A stretch of 64,000 bases of DNA from Sphingobacteriales bacterium (GTDB lineage Bacteria > Bacteroidota > Bacteroidia > UKL13-3), in contig JAJTFA010000002.1 in the NCBI GenBank assembly GCA_021299635.1, positions 249,110-313,109 on the forward strand, given 5' to 3'. This document shows positions 47,410 to 58,800 of this stretch, piece after piece. Position 1 is the first letter of the stretch. Each line of letters begins with the position of its first letter. Below the pieces are notes generated by a model that was not told where the DNA came from, made no database searches, and was given only the letters and a program-made list of their open reading frames with translations. The translations under genes and the position numbers were made by a program.

Positions 47410-49448
47410 AACACATACTGCTGTTTTTAAGCCTCACTGTATTTTATTTTACCTGCACTTTTGCGCAAGGCTTTAATAAGGATAGTATCTTGCAGATAGC
47501 ACAACAGGCTCCTGATAAAGAGAAGCAGCAAGCATTACAACTCCTCATTCAATATTATAAGAACAACGATCCGCAAACTGCGCTTCAATATGTGATGCAA
47601 CAGATTGAGGTTAGCCAGCGCATAAATGATGAGGCCACATTAGCAAAAGCATATCAGAATGCAGGCATACTTAGTTTCAGGGTAGGTAATTTTCAGCGGG
47701 CAAAAGAATTTTACCTGCAGGCGCTCGAAAAATTTACACAACAGCGAAATACCGATGCGCAAAATGAAGTAAACAGCTATCTGGGTGCCGTTTATTATGC
47801 AAACGGTAATTTGCCACTTGCTGCAGAAACCTACCTGAAGGCCCTGCGCTATTATGAGGAAAAGAATGATAAGGCTGCACTGCTTAATATTTTAAGCTCA
47901 CTTGGAAGTATTTATTCCAGACAAAATAATTTTTCAAAGGCTTTGGAGTATAACCTCAGGGCTTTGCGCATTTACGAAGAATCTTCTGATCGTTTCCGCA
48001 CCCTTGTCGGATATGATAATATTGGCAACATATATCTGCGGCAAGGTAATTTGCAGAAGGCAGAAGAGTTTTTTAATAAATCATTACTGGTATACCGTGA
48101 GCTGAATAACAAGGCAGGTGAAGCATCTACACTTTATCAACTGGGTACCATAGCCGATAAGCAGAACGATATAGAGCAATCCATCGTATACTACGGGCAA
48201 TCTATTGAAATGGCAAAAGCCATTAAAGCGCAACCCATGCAGGCTACAGCTGAGCTTGCGCTGGCTAATAACCTGAGTAAAATTAAACTTTATCAGCAGG
48301 CTATTACTTCCTATCAAAATGCAATACGCTTGGCGAAACAACTGGAGATGAAAATTGAACTGGAGGAAGCATACAGGGGTATTTCACAGTCATATGCTGC
48401 TATTAAGCAACAGCAAAAGGCCACAACATTTGGTGAATTGAGCAGGGAGTTAAAGGATTCGTTATATAACGACAGTAATATTAAAAAGCTTGCTGATTTA
48501 CAGTTGGTGTATGAAACGGAAAAAAAGCAACAGCAAATAGAATTGCTATCTAAAGAGCAGCAACTGCAGGAATTGGAATTAAAGCGTGAGCGGGAGTCAA
48601 AGAATTTCTGGGCTTATGCTTCAATTGTGCTTACCATTGTTTTTGTGGTACTCATTTATTTTTCTGTTCAAAATAAACGCATAGCCAACAACCTTCGCAG
48701 GCAAAAGGAAGAGCTAGAACAAAAGAATGCAGAGGTGCTGGCACAAAAAGAACAGCTCAATCAGTTGAATAATGTTAAGGACCGTTTCTTTTCTATCATC
48801 TCTCATGATTTAAGAAATAACCTTGCTACTATGAAGTTGTATTTTGATTTAATTAGTCATCCCAATTATAAACCTGCTGATCATTCAGAAGCAACCAAGC
48901 AAATTTCAGCTTCAGTTGAGAATACCATCGATTTGCTGGAGAATTTGCTTGTGTGGGCTTCTGCGCAAATAAAGGGAGTGCCCATTCATATACAGAAGCT
49001 GCAACTACACTCACTAATACAGGGGAATGTCAATTTACTTCAAGGTAATGCCCATCAGAAAAAAATTAGCATAGTAAACAATGCAGATGAGCTGGCATGC
49101 GCAATGGGCGATATGGACATGATTCATTTGGTTTTACGTAATCTTATTTCTAATGCAATTAAGTTTACAAATGATGGTGGTACTATTCAAATTAGCAGTG
49201 AAGAAAAAAATGGCAAACAAATTATCTGTATTCAAGATAATGGGGTAGGCATAAGCAAAGAAAATTTATCAAAACTCTTTAATCAGCATTTACATCCTAG
49301 CACCAAAGGAACAGGCAACGAAAAAGGCACCGGGTTAGGGCTCATGCTTTGTCAAGATTTTATGGTGCGCAACCAAGGCGCTATCAGAGTAGAGAGTGAA
49401 AAAGGCAAGGGTACGTCATTTTATATTGAGTTACCGATGGCTGGTTAA
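47406..49448 (+). CDS. sensor histidine kinase with N-terminal extracytoplasmic TPR-repeat sensor domain
   Basis: GTG start overlapping the RR stop (GTGA). Signal peptide, ~7 TPR-like repeats (AKAYQNAGIL..., ...GAVYYANGNL...), coiled coil, one TM (FWAYASIVLTIVFVVLIYF), H-box FFSIISHDLRN, HATPase_c (GTGLGL). Confidence 0.85.
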   Translation: MKHILLFLSLTVFYFTCTFAQGFNKDSILQIAQQAPDKEKQQALQLLIQYYKNNDPQTALQYVMQQIEVSQRINDEATLAKAYQNAGILSFRVGNFQRAKEFYLQALEKFTQQRNTDAQNEVNSYLGAVYYANGNLPLAAETYLKALRYYEEKNDKAALLNILSSLGSIYSRQNNFSKALEYNLRALRIYEESSDRFRTLVGYDNIGNIYLRQGNLQKAEEFFNKSLLVYRELNNKAGEASTLYQLGTIADKQNDIEQSIVYYGQSIEMAKAIKAQPMQATAELALANNLSKIKLYQQAITSYQNAIRLAKQLEMKIELEEAYRGISQSYAAIKQQQKATTFGELSRELKDSLYNDSNIKKLADLQLVYETEKKQQQIELLSKEQQLQELELKRERESKNFWAYASIVLTIVFVVLIYFSVQNKRIANNLRRQKEELEQKNAEVLAQKEQLNQLNNVKDRFFSIISHDLRNNLATMKLYFDLISHPNYKPADHSEATKQISASVENTIDLLENLLVWASAQIKGVPIHIQKLQLHSLIQGNVNLLQGNAHQKKISIVNNADELACAMGDMDMIHLVLRNLISNAIKFTNDGGTIQISSEEKNGKQIICIQDNGVGISKENLSKLFNQHLHPSTKGTGNEKGTGLGLMLCQDFMVRNQGAIRVESEKGKGTSFYIELPMAG

Positions 49449-49458
49449 TAGTAACATT

Positions 49459-50001
49459 TTATTTTTTCTTCATAACCGGAACATTGCTGCATGCCTCACC
49501 ATACATGATGCTTTTTACATAAGGAGCAAGTTTGTGTGTTATTTCAACATAGGCACTTACCGGCACAGGTATTTCTCCGCAGCCTTTAACGATAACCCTA
49601 GCGTCTCGTAATGCTTCTAAGTTAATTTTATTTACCGCATCGGTAAACAAGGCCCATTCTAAAGTTTGTAAATTTCCAAATACATAGCGGTTTGCAAACG
49701 GCTCGGCAGCTACCGCAAGTAACATATATGCCCATGTTGGGATAATGGCATCTGCACTGCATGTAAAGGCAATATTTTTTCCTGCATATTGGCTCCAGAT
49801 GTGTTGTTTCACGTTTTCTCTGAAATCTTTTTCTTTCAAAATCGCTTCTCTGAAGAGCCAGGGTTTGATATCAAACAACACACGTTCTCCCGGATGATAA
49901 TAGGTTTCCAGATCAATGGTAATTAATCCGCTGTTTGCTACACGGTTTTCTATGGGTTTGTGTTCCGGTTCCATAGCGGCAAAGATACCAAAAAGGCTCA
50001 A
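49459..50001 (-). CDS. hypothetical protein (Bacteroidetes DUF2480-like)
   Basis: 180 aa; ...SGLITIDLETYYHPGERVLFDIKPWL... resembles a conserved Bacteroidetes family of unknown function. Confidence 0.45.
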   Translation of the reverse strand: MSLFGIFAAMEPEHKPIENRVANSGLITIDLETYYHPGERVLFDIKPWLFREAILKEKDFRENVKQHIWSQYAGKNIAFTCSADAIIPTWAYMLLAVAAEPFANRYVFGNLQTLEWALFTDAVNKINLEALRDARVIVKGCGEIPVPVSAYVEITHKLAPYVKSIMYGEACSNVPVMKKK

Positions 50002-50007
50002 GGAAAT

Positions 50008-52131
50008 TTACCTCACCTCAGCCTGCAGGTTCCAGAGTACAAAGCCCCAGAAATCAGCTGCATCTTCAACCAATTTGGCAGTAGGCTTGCCTGCACCATG
50101 GCCTGCTTTGCTATCAATTCTGATAAGCACCGGATTGCCATCTTTAGCTTGTTTGGCCTGCAGTTCTGCCGCAAATTTAAAACTATGGGCTGGCACCACA
50201 CGGTCATCATGATCGGCTGTCATAATCATGGTGGCCGGATAATTTACACCCGCTTTAACATTGTGCAGAGGTGAGTATTTAATAAGGTAATCAAACTGTT
50301 CTTTCTTTTCACTGCTTCCATACTCGACCGCCCAGCCCCAGCCAATGGTAAATTTATGGTAACGCAGCATGTCCAACACGCCTACTGCAGGAATGGCTAC
50401 TTTAAACAACTCCGGTCTTTGGGTTATACAGGCACCTACTAGCAAGCCACCATTGCTACCGCCATTGATAGCCAGTTTTGCGGACGAGGTATATTTTTCA
50501 TGAATCAAATATTCTGCTGCAGCAATAAAATCATCAAATACATTTTGTTTTTTATCAAGCATCCCTGCTTTGTGCCAATCTTCCCCATACTCACCTCCGC
50601 CTCTTAAATTGGCAATGGCATATACACCACCTTGTTCTAAAAACATGATGCGTGAAATGCTGAAGGAAGGAGTTAGGCTTATGTTAAAACCTCCGTATCC
50701 ATATAACAAAGTTGGGTTTTTGCCATTAAGTGTAATACCTTTTTTATGTATAATAAACATAGGAATTTTAGTTCCATCTTTTGATGGATAGAATACCTGT
50801 TTTGTTTCGAATTGAGTGGCATCAAACGCCAATTCTGTTTTCCTAAATAATTCTGATTTCCCTGTAGCCAATTCATAATGATAAATTTCACCAGGATTGG
50901 TAAACGAGGTAAACGTATAAAAGGCTTCTGTATCTTCAACTTTACCCGAAATGCCACTGGCTGTGCCAATTCCGGGTAATGTAATCTCGGTTTTGTTTTC
51001 TCCGTTCAAATCAAATCGATACAAGCGTGTGCTTGCATCTTGAAGGTAGGTGGCAAATAATCTACCTCCGCAGGTGGAGGCACCTTCCAGCAAATTGTCA
51101 GTTTGCGGAATAATATCTTTCCAGTTTTGCGGTTCCGGTTTTAATGGATCTACTTCAACCAATCGGTAACGTGGTGCATCCTTATCAGTAATGGCCAATA
51201 TTTTGTCGCCTACATTATCTATTACTGAGTAATTATTTTCAAAACCTTTAAACAACGTTCTGAATGATTTTTCATTTTTAGTTAAATCCTGAATGAGTAT
51301 TTCAGATCCGGAGGTTCCCTCGCTAATACTTATAATCATAAAGCGCTCATCTTCTGTTATACCTGCGTTGAAGTAGCGCAATGGGTGAGACTTATCTTCA
51401 TAAACAAGCTTGTCTGCCGATTGTGGTTTACCTATCTCATGGTAATAAATTTTCATGTACTCATTGGCATTGCTAAATTCTTTGCCATCACCTGGTTCAT
51501 CATATCTGCTGTAATAAAATCCGTTTTTATACCAAGTTGCACCACTGAATTTAACCCACTGAATCAGGTCGGTTGTTTTTTCTTTCGTGGCCACATTCAT
51601 CACAAATATTTCATTCCAATCGCTCCCGCTTTTGGCTATGCCTATTGCACAATATCGGTGGTCTTTACTAAAAGTAAAACTCGCCAAAGAAACGGTGCCG
51701 TCTTCGCTTAGTTTGTTGGGATCTAAGAATACTTCCGGTTCTCCATTTAAACCCTGCTGACGATAAAGCACACTTTGGTTTTGCAGACCATTATTTTTAA
51801 AGAAGTAGTAAAAGTTACCTTCTTTGAATGGAGCTGAATATTTTGGATAGTCCCATATTTGGGTAAGCCTTTTTTTAAGTTGATCGCGGTAAGGTATTTG
51901 TGAAAGATAGTTTTTTGTAACGTCATTTTGAGCTTTAACCCATGCCTCCACATTGGTAGCTGTATCATTCTCCAGCCAACGGTAGGGGTCGGCAACAGTG
52001 GTACCGAAATAATTATCACTTACATTCTCTTTTTTGCTTTCAGGGTAAGGTTTCATGGCGATTTTTGGTTGTTCTTTTTTGCCGCATGCAATGACTAACG
52101 TCATCAGGGTAATAATGGTTATATTTTTCAT
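50008..52131 (-). CDS. prolyl oligopeptidase (S9A family serine peptidase)
   Basis: Lipoprotein-like signal MKNITIITLMTLVIACG. Beta-propeller N-domain, and a C-terminal alpha/beta-hydrolase with GGSNGGLLVGA (GxSxGG) and ...DHDDRVVP... Confidence 0.85.
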   Translation of the reverse strand: MKNITIITLMTLVIACGKKEQPKIAMKPYPESKKENVSDNYFGTTVADPYRWLENDTATNVEAWVKAQNDVTKNYLSQIPYRDQLKKRLTQIWDYPKYSAPFKEGNFYYFFKNNGLQNQSVLYRQQGLNGEPEVFLDPNKLSEDGTVSLASFTFSKDHRYCAIGIAKSGSDWNEIFVMNVATKEKTTDLIQWVKFSGATWYKNGFYYSRYDEPGDGKEFSNANEYMKIYYHEIGKPQSADKLVYEDKSHPLRYFNAGITEDERFMIISISEGTSGSEILIQDLTKNEKSFRTLFKGFENNYSVIDNVGDKILAITDKDAPRYRLVEVDPLKPEPQNWKDIIPQTDNLLEGASTCGGRLFATYLQDASTRLYRFDLNGENKTEITLPGIGTASGISGKVEDTEAFYTFTSFTNPGEIYHYELATGKSELFRKTELAFDATQFETKQVFYPSKDGTKIPMFIIHKKGITLNGKNPTLLYGYGGFNISLTPSFSISRIMFLEQGGVYAIANLRGGGEYGEDWHKAGMLDKKQNVFDDFIAAAEYLIHEKYTSSAKLAINGGSNGGLLVGACITQRPELFKVAIPAVGVLDMLRYHKFTIGWGWAVEYGSSEKKEQFDYLIKYSPLHNVKAGVNYPATMIMTADHDDRVVPAHSFKFAAELQAKQAKDGNPVLIRIDSKAGHGAGKPTAKLVEDAADFWGFVLWNLQAEVR

Positions 52132-52197
52132 TGTCTTAATAATTTCTAATTTCAAAACTGTCTGCTGCACATAAAATAGCACCACCACTCATCCAAA

Positions 52198-52812
52198 TTA
52201 CATTAAATGCAACAGATGGGTGACATCATTTGCCCTCTTCAGATGGCATTCTTCAGTATCTATGTGCACTTCATATAAACAAAGGTTACGGTGTTGAAAT
52301 TGCTCCATTTGTGTTAATGGTTGATTGAGCAGTAAGCACAAGAAACTCTTCATAGCACGTCCGTGCATGCAAATCAGGATTTCAGATTCAGGTTGATTTA
52401 ATATCATTTTCAAGGCACGCTTTTGCCTCTGCTGCATTTCAAAAGGACTTTCCCCATTCGGAATTTTTGCATGTAAATCTCCTTCATTCCACTTATAAAT
52501 CATTTCCCAATACATGGCTTTTTGTTCAGGTGTTTGCTGCTTGCCTTCAAAGTCTCCCCAACTTATCTCATTAAGTTCTGCTAATCTGGTGTGAGGAATG
52601 CCGTTTTCTATAAACGCTGCAACGCTTTGATTACTTCTTTTAAGTGTAGAGGTAAACACGTGCTCAAAAGGATGATGCCGATAGTACTTATAAAATGCCT
52701 CAGCTTGTTGCATGCCTAAATCATTTAAATCTGTATCAACCCCGCTCCCCTGAACAATATTCAATCGGTTGAACTCTGTTTCTCCATGTCTGATGATAAA
52801 AAGTTTTTTCAT
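52198..52812 (-). CDS. histidine phosphatase family protein (phosphoglycerate mutase-like)
   Basis: MKKLFIIRHGETEFN... (RHGE motif). Confidence 0.8.
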   Translation of the reverse strand: MKKLFIIRHGETEFNRLNIVQGSGVDTDLNDLGMQQAEAFYKYYRHHPFEHVFTSTLKRSNQSVAAFIENGIPHTRLAELNEISWGDFEGKQQTPEQKAMYWEMIYKWNEGDLHAKIPNGESPFEMQQRQKRALKMILNQPESEILICMHGRAMKSFLCLLLNQPLTQMEQFQHRNLCLYEVHIDTEECHLKRANDVTHLLHLM

Positions 52813-52999
52813 GCTTTGTGACCGTACGATCTGTGTTTACTTAAACTACTATGGTTGTGCAGCGAATATAGCAAAGGTTTATTATGCTCCATCATTGGTT
52901 TGTGAAAGGTTTTCTCGGTATTATTCCCTTACAATAAATTAAATGTGGTAATCCGGTTTGGTAGTGTTATTTTATTATTTTGCACACAAATTATTTTGT

Positions 53000-53461
53000 A
53001 TGTCAGTTTTTAAAGCAGAAGGTGTTACGCTGGAAGCCATAAATAAGAGAAATGAGAATACAATGGCTCAATGGATAGGTATTGAGTTTACCGAATTAGG
53101 GGTGGACTATCTAAAGGCACGGATGCCAGTAGACCATCGAACAGTTCAACCATTACATGTGGTGAATGGAGGTGCATATTGTGCACTGGCCGAAACAGCT
53201 GGTAGCATGGCAGGTAATCTTTGTTTAGACAGAGAACGATATGTTGCCCTAGGATTAGATATCAATGCCAATCATGTACGCTCAGCATCTAAAGGATTTG
53301 TGCATGGTACGGCAAAACCAATTCATCTGGGACGCACCACTCAAGTGTGGGAAATTCGTATAACTGATGATGAAGATAGGTTATGTTGCATTAGTAGACT
53401 AACCATGTCGGTGATAGAAATTAAACATGATAACAGAGGATTCAATCCGCCAAAGGTTTAA
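53000..53461 (+). CDS. hotdog-fold thioesterase (PaaI/DHNA-CoA thioesterase-like), likely menaquinone-pathway-associated
   Basis: ...QWIGIEFTELGVDYLKARMPVDHRTVQPLHVVNGGAYCALAETAGS...; adjacent to menF. Confidence 0.7.
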   Translation: MSVFKAEGVTLEAINKRNENTMAQWIGIEFTELGVDYLKARMPVDHRTVQPLHVVNGGAYCALAETAGSMAGNLCLDRERYVALGLDINANHVRSASKGFVHGTAKPIHLGRTTQVWEIRITDDEDRLCCISRLTMSVIEIKHDNRGFNPPKV

Positions 53462-54509
53462 GCAGGGTGAGCAATTTAATTTTGCTGCATGCAGGTTGCC
53501 CTTCTCGGATACGATATACTTTTTCTATTCTGACAGGCCTTGCAAACTGACTCGTTTGCAATATCAAGCCAACTCATTAACAGATTTTGTTTTCTCGCCT
53601 TATGCTGCCGGTAACCAGGCTTATCATATGCAGGCCAATCTCATATATAAAAATGATGCGCCTATTTACGGATGGGATGCCAAACTCATGCCGGTAGAAA
53701 AACCATTATTCACTACGAATAATTTTGAAGCGGATGAGAATTTTTATAAAAGATATGTTTCTGATATCATCACAGATATCGAACAGGAGGATACAGACAA
53801 AGTTGTAGCAGCTCGTGCATTGCGAAGAGCATTGCCTGATTCATTCAGCCATTCAAATTTCTTCTTTCAATTATTGCAGCAATATCCGCATGCAATGGTT
53901 TATTATGTAAATCATGCTGAGTGGGGATGTTGGTGTGGAGCTACACCTGAAATGTTGCTAACAGCGACAGAAAATAAACTGCAAACCATGTCGCTTGCCG
54001 GAACCATGCCTGCACATTCTAAAGAAGCGTGGGGCGAAAAGGAGCTGCAGGAGCAAGCTATGGTCACTGATTTTATTGAACAGATTTTTGAAAAGTATCA
54101 GCTTACTATTCAGATAAATCAAACAAGCGAGTTGGTTTCAGGAAAAATTAAACACCTGTGCACAAAACTAGAATCGAAAACAGATGAGGAATGGCTCACC
54201 CAAAAATTTCATAAGTTACTGGCTGACTTAAATCCAACGCCTGCCGTTTGCGGCATACCCCAATTCAATGCATCTGTTTTTATAGGCAAGCACGAAAAAC
54301 TTGAACGCAGATTTTATAGTGGTTTTTTAGGAATTAGTGCGCCTAAGCACATTCAGTTATATGTTAATTTGCGTTGCATGGAAATAGGCTTGCAGGATGC
54401 TTTATTATATGCCGGGGCAGGAATAACAGCATATTCCTCCCCGACAAAAGAGTGGCAGGAAACTATTAATAAATTAATGGTTTTGGGTAGTATAATTAAT
54501 GACGTATAA
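53427..54509 (+). CDS. menF: isochorismate synthase (menaquinone-specific)
   Basis: Chorismate-binding C-terminus (...GFLGISAPKHIQLYVNLRCMEI...AGAGITAYSSPTKEWQET...). The start overlaps the thioesterase 3' end by ~35 nt and is uncertain. Confidence 0.75.
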   Translation: MITEDSIRQRFKQGEQFNFAACRLPFSDTIYFFYSDRPCKLTRLQYQANSLTDFVFSPYAAGNQAYHMQANLIYKNDAPIYGWDAKLMPVEKPLFTTNNFEADENFYKRYVSDIITDIEQEDTDKVVAARALRRALPDSFSHSNFFFQLLQQYPHAMVYYVNHAEWGCWCGATPEMLLTATENKLQTMSLAGTMPAHSKEAWGEKELQEQAMVTDFIEQIFEKYQLTIQINQTSELVSGKIKHLCTKLESKTDEEWLTQKFHKLLADLNPTPAVCGIPQFNASVFIGKHEKLERRFYSGFLGISAPKHIQLYVNLRCMEIGLQDALLYAGAGITAYSSPTKEWQETINKLMVLGSIINDV

Positions 54510-55713
54510 GGATTCGTTTATTGTATACGCTTTGCTCTGTGTAAAGATTAAGCAGATACAGTCCTTCAGCTATACTTGATACATCCAATTTGTTATTTGA
54601 ATCCGGGTATATACCGCTTTCAATTACTTTCCCATTAAGGTCTGTTAAAGTATAGCGCTGCGGTGCTACTGATTTTGGAAGGATCACTTGTAAAAAGGTA
54701 CTTGCGGGATTTGGATAAACAGAGACACCTATGTCCTTACTGGGAAATCGACCTACAGATGAAACGATGGCTCCTGTGTAAACACCATAAAAGAAATCTG
54801 CCACATACTTCACAGTGGTATCCATATAAGATGCGTTGAAAGAAAACGGTACGTGGTCTTGACCCTTAAATGTTAGCAGGCGAGAATTAATGCCATTTAA
54901 TTTTGCAGCCGAGTCAATGCTGAAACTTCCCTGAAGAAAACTTACCCTATTGCCCATATAATAAAAGTCGGCACTGCCATAGGGTACGGTTTGATCCTGA
55001 TCACCATGAACGTGGCACAACGGAACTGTTTTTTTATCAAGCATCCAGCTAACATTTTTAAGAGCTCCTGAAAGGTTTGCAATAGCAGAAACGCCAGATG
55101 AATAACCGGTATTTCCTGTATTACCTTCAAAACCTCCTAGTAAGGTGGTATCTACACCTAAACCTTCCAGTTCTGATGGCTTGTCTAAAAATGTCATTTG
55201 TAGGCCTAGCACACCTCCAGCTGATACTCCAGCGAAATAGATAATCTCTGGATTGATTTTGTAACTATTCCCCGTAGCGGCATGCTTACGCAGGAAACGC
55301 ACAGCGGCTCTGCCATCTTGTTGTCCTCTCCACACAGCTTGAGTAAACTCTATTTCGTATCCCAAGCCTGAAAATGGATTAATTCCTTGGCGATATTGAA
55401 TGGATGCAGTTACATAACCTCTTTTGGCAAATTGTTTGCACAGATGCACTACATCCGGTAATCTGCGATCACCGTTAATAAATGAGCCGCCATGTGCAAT
55501 AACAATTACAGGGCGAGAATTGGCAGTATCGCCTTCGGGCTGATAAATATCCATTACTAGATTTTGAGGTACACCCAAAAAAGTGTTATTGGTTCCATAA
55601 GCCACATTACTGTCAACCTTTATGCTGGCAAAAACACTGTCGCGAAATCTGGTTTGCGCAGATGTAAGGGTGTAAACCAATAATGTTGCACAGATGAGTA
55701 GTCCTTTTTTCAT
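54496..55713 (-). CDS. secreted alpha/beta-hydrolase (esterase) with T9SS C-terminal sorting domain
   Basis: Signal peptide. Nucleophile elbow GVSAGG, HGDQD. C-terminal ~80 aa is a Por_Secre_tail (VSVYPNPASTFLQV...LYLLNLYTEQSVYNKRILI). Confidence 0.75.
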   Translation of the reverse strand: MKKGLLICATLLVYTLTSAQTRFRDSVFASIKVDSNVAYGTNNTFLGVPQNLVMDIYQPEGDTANSRPVIVIAHGGSFINGDRRLPDVVHLCKQFAKRGYVTASIQYRQGINPFSGLGYEIEFTQAVWRGQQDGRAAVRFLRKHAATGNSYKINPEIIYFAGVSAGGVLGLQMTFLDKPSELEGLGVDTTLLGGFEGNTGNTGYSSGVSAIANLSGALKNVSWMLDKKTVPLCHVHGDQDQTVPYGSADFYYMGNRVSFLQGSFSIDSAAKLNGINSRLLTFKGQDHVPFSFNASYMDTTVKYVADFFYGVYTGAIVSSVGRFPSKDIGVSVYPNPASTFLQVILPKSVAPQRYTLTDLNGKVIESGIYPDSNNKLDVSSIAEGLYLLNLYTEQSVYNKRILIRH

Positions 55714-55820
55714 AAATTTTATTAATTAAGTTTAAACGAATATATAAATATGTTTGAATATCAAACAGTGCGTTTCAACTCATCAAATAATATCGAGATG
55801 TGTTTTGGAAGGAGAATAAA

Positions 55821-58800
55821 TTACTGAATGGTATATCGCAAGGATACCCCTCCGCTTTGAATGATGGTTGGGAAGGAGTTTGATGTTGCAGGATCAGTTC
55901 TTCTGTAACTGTAAAAAATACGCATCATCAGCTTCTCATTAAAATTATAATCAATTTGTGGTTTCAAATCATAGATCACTTGACCTTGCACCGGGTCGTT
56001 GGATTCCCTATCGAGGTAGCGAATTTTTGTTAGGTTATTTCTAATAGAAAAATCAAGTCTGAAATTCACCTCATTTTCAAGAACAAGTCTTCGGCCACCA
56101 CCACCTAGCATAGGTATTGCAAGATTGCTTGCCCTATAGCCGGCACCTATTACCCACTCGCTTGCTGTTTGTTCATTTAACTGACCATTGGTAAGGGTAA
56201 AGTTCATTGTGCGGTCTCTTTTATACTCAAGCTTAGCCTGAATATTATTTACAAATGTGATATCAATACCTATAAAAGGGCCCCACCTTTCAGTAATGGA
56301 TATTTGCCTAATTTGATACTTGGATGCATAATCTCCGGTGAAACTGGGTGAGGCATTGGTATCGCCTGGTAGGATGGTTTGGAATGCACCAACATTATAA
56401 GTTGATGTATACTGATTAGAGATGGTAACATTGCTTGCGTATTCCTTAATCAATTCAATTTTTGTTAATCCGTTATAGGTGATACGCCAATTTAAATCCG
56501 GTATTTTAGGAAATGGAGTAAGGCCAATTTTAGAAGCATCTTCACCTCCATATGCAGATAGAAAAGCAGGAATCAATACTTCCTGAGAAAGTCGGCTATA
56601 TCCGCGCGGGAAACCATTACTGTCTGCTGTACCTCCCGGAAGTTCAGGATTCTGACCTAAGCGATTGGCAATGGCTAAACGATTTTCCTGAAAGCGTTTA
56701 AAAACTTCGGCAGGGTCATTAAATGCTGTTGCCAGTGTGTTGTAGGTGATGGAAAAATTACCTGTTTGTGTAGGTATATTTACATCAACAAATTCTTTTC
56801 TTATACTATCATATCGGAACAAAACACTGGTTTGAAGAGAGCGTTGGCTCTGCATATTTAATTCTATTCTAAAGTCGGTAATAGGTTCAAGGGTTGCTCT
56901 TCCTGTTATATTTTCTCTGAAGTCTTCGGTATAAAAATTGGTAATTCTTGGATCATTGCTTAGCCAGCCATTTTCAGCTGCCCTGAATCTGTAATTGTCA
57001 TCTTGCATAGCTAAGATAAAATCAAATCCGGGCCCATCATTATCAAAATTTTGCCCAAGGTATTGTGGCCTGGTTTTAAAACCCGGAAGTGCTACTCCTT
57101 TATTGGTTGTATGTGCAAAAGTTATATTCTTTAAGCTGGTAATTAGTTTAAATGGGATGCGCACAAATGGGCCATAATTTTTAGGGCTGTTATCCTCTTT
57201 TTTCTTTTTTGTTTTTGTATCTTTTTTGTTTGGCTCTTTTTTCTCTTCTTCCTCATCAGCAGGCTTACGTGGAGTTTTCTTAACAGGATTATTAATATCA
57301 CGCAGAAATTTCCACTTATTATAAAGCAAGCTCATGTTCAGGTTAAAGTTCCATGCCTCAGTTTTAGAATTGGATATGGTATTGCCTAAACTGTCTGCAG
57401 CCGGTGGCGCTTGTTTCCACTGGTAGTTTACCGTGTAACTATATGCAGATTGCGAAATAAAATTGAGTTGTTGAATTTTATTTATTGGAATATTGTAGTT
57501 AAATCTGATTGCCTGATCATATTGCATCAGGCGGCCACCATTCCAAAAATTATTCCACATAGAGTCGCGCTTGGCTGGAGTTTTTTCATCTATTTGGCCT
57601 AATGGTTCATCAACACGGGCCAATACAGTTGCATTGTAATCAAGCCTCAAACTCTTTGATAAGCTGTAGCTGAATTCATAGTAGCGGGTCATGGTAAACA
57701 TCTTGTCGTACAACGGTTGTATCAATGTTAATGGATTATCATTATTCCTGTTTATCGTAACCCCATATCGTCTGTCTGTTTCAAGCCTTGCGCCCCATAC
57801 TTGTGGTAGGAACATTAAGTTAAAGTCCTTAAGTAAAGTAAGTTGTTTTGATTTGATGATTTTGTTGAAGGGCTCCCATGCCTTGGGATTAAAGCTATAT
57901 TGGTAGGCAGTGATGGTTTTATAGTTTTGAAGGATATAATATTCCATCGTCTGATTTCTTCTGAAGGTTTCGCTGTATGAGTAGGTAAATGTCCAGTTTT
58001 CAATATCCCAAACATGCGCTTTGGCTGCACCCACTCTATTTTTTCTAATATTGGTAAAATTCAAGCTTCGTCTTGCGGTAAAATCATCAGCAGCACGCGA
58101 AATTCTGTCTCTGCGCTCTTCATTGGTTGTTTCATCAATTTCTTTTTGCAGTCGTGTATCCGGATTCAGCGGATTATAAAATGGCCTCACCAAGGTATTA
58201 CCATAAGATAAAAATATCGGAATAGAGATACCTAGTTTTGTTGGCAAAAATTTTCCTAATTCAAAACTACCCTGTATATCATACTGGTAGGTGTCATCAA
58301 ATGTGCGTTCGTTTATCTTTTTATCAATTCCACCAAAACCAACTGTTGTCAGATTGCCCGCCACCTGCATAGTGCCAAAGTCGGCAAGTTTCACTTGCGC
58401 TCGTGCAGTAGCCGCCCATCCGCCATTATTATTAAACTCTGTAGCACGCATTTCATTAAACCACACTTCTGCGCACTTGGGTAAACCATCATCATTGCTG
58501 CCTGGAAATGCTCTTGGATTGCGCACACCAAGCATCATAACTCTTACATTGCTCAAATCCGGTAAGCCAACCACCCTTATTTTTTTATTGCCGCCAAGAT
58601 CTCTGGTATAAACTGCAGTAAAGGGATGACTGGCATTGGTTCTTTGAATCTTTGTATTGATAAGCTCCTCCAGTTCAAGTATCATTTCATTTTCTGATGG
58701 CCAAATATTATTGGCACCTGCATCTCCCAGCATAGACGCTTTCAGCGGTATTTCATATTCATAGTAATTGTTGGTGAGGTCGGTACCCAAGCGCACAAAT

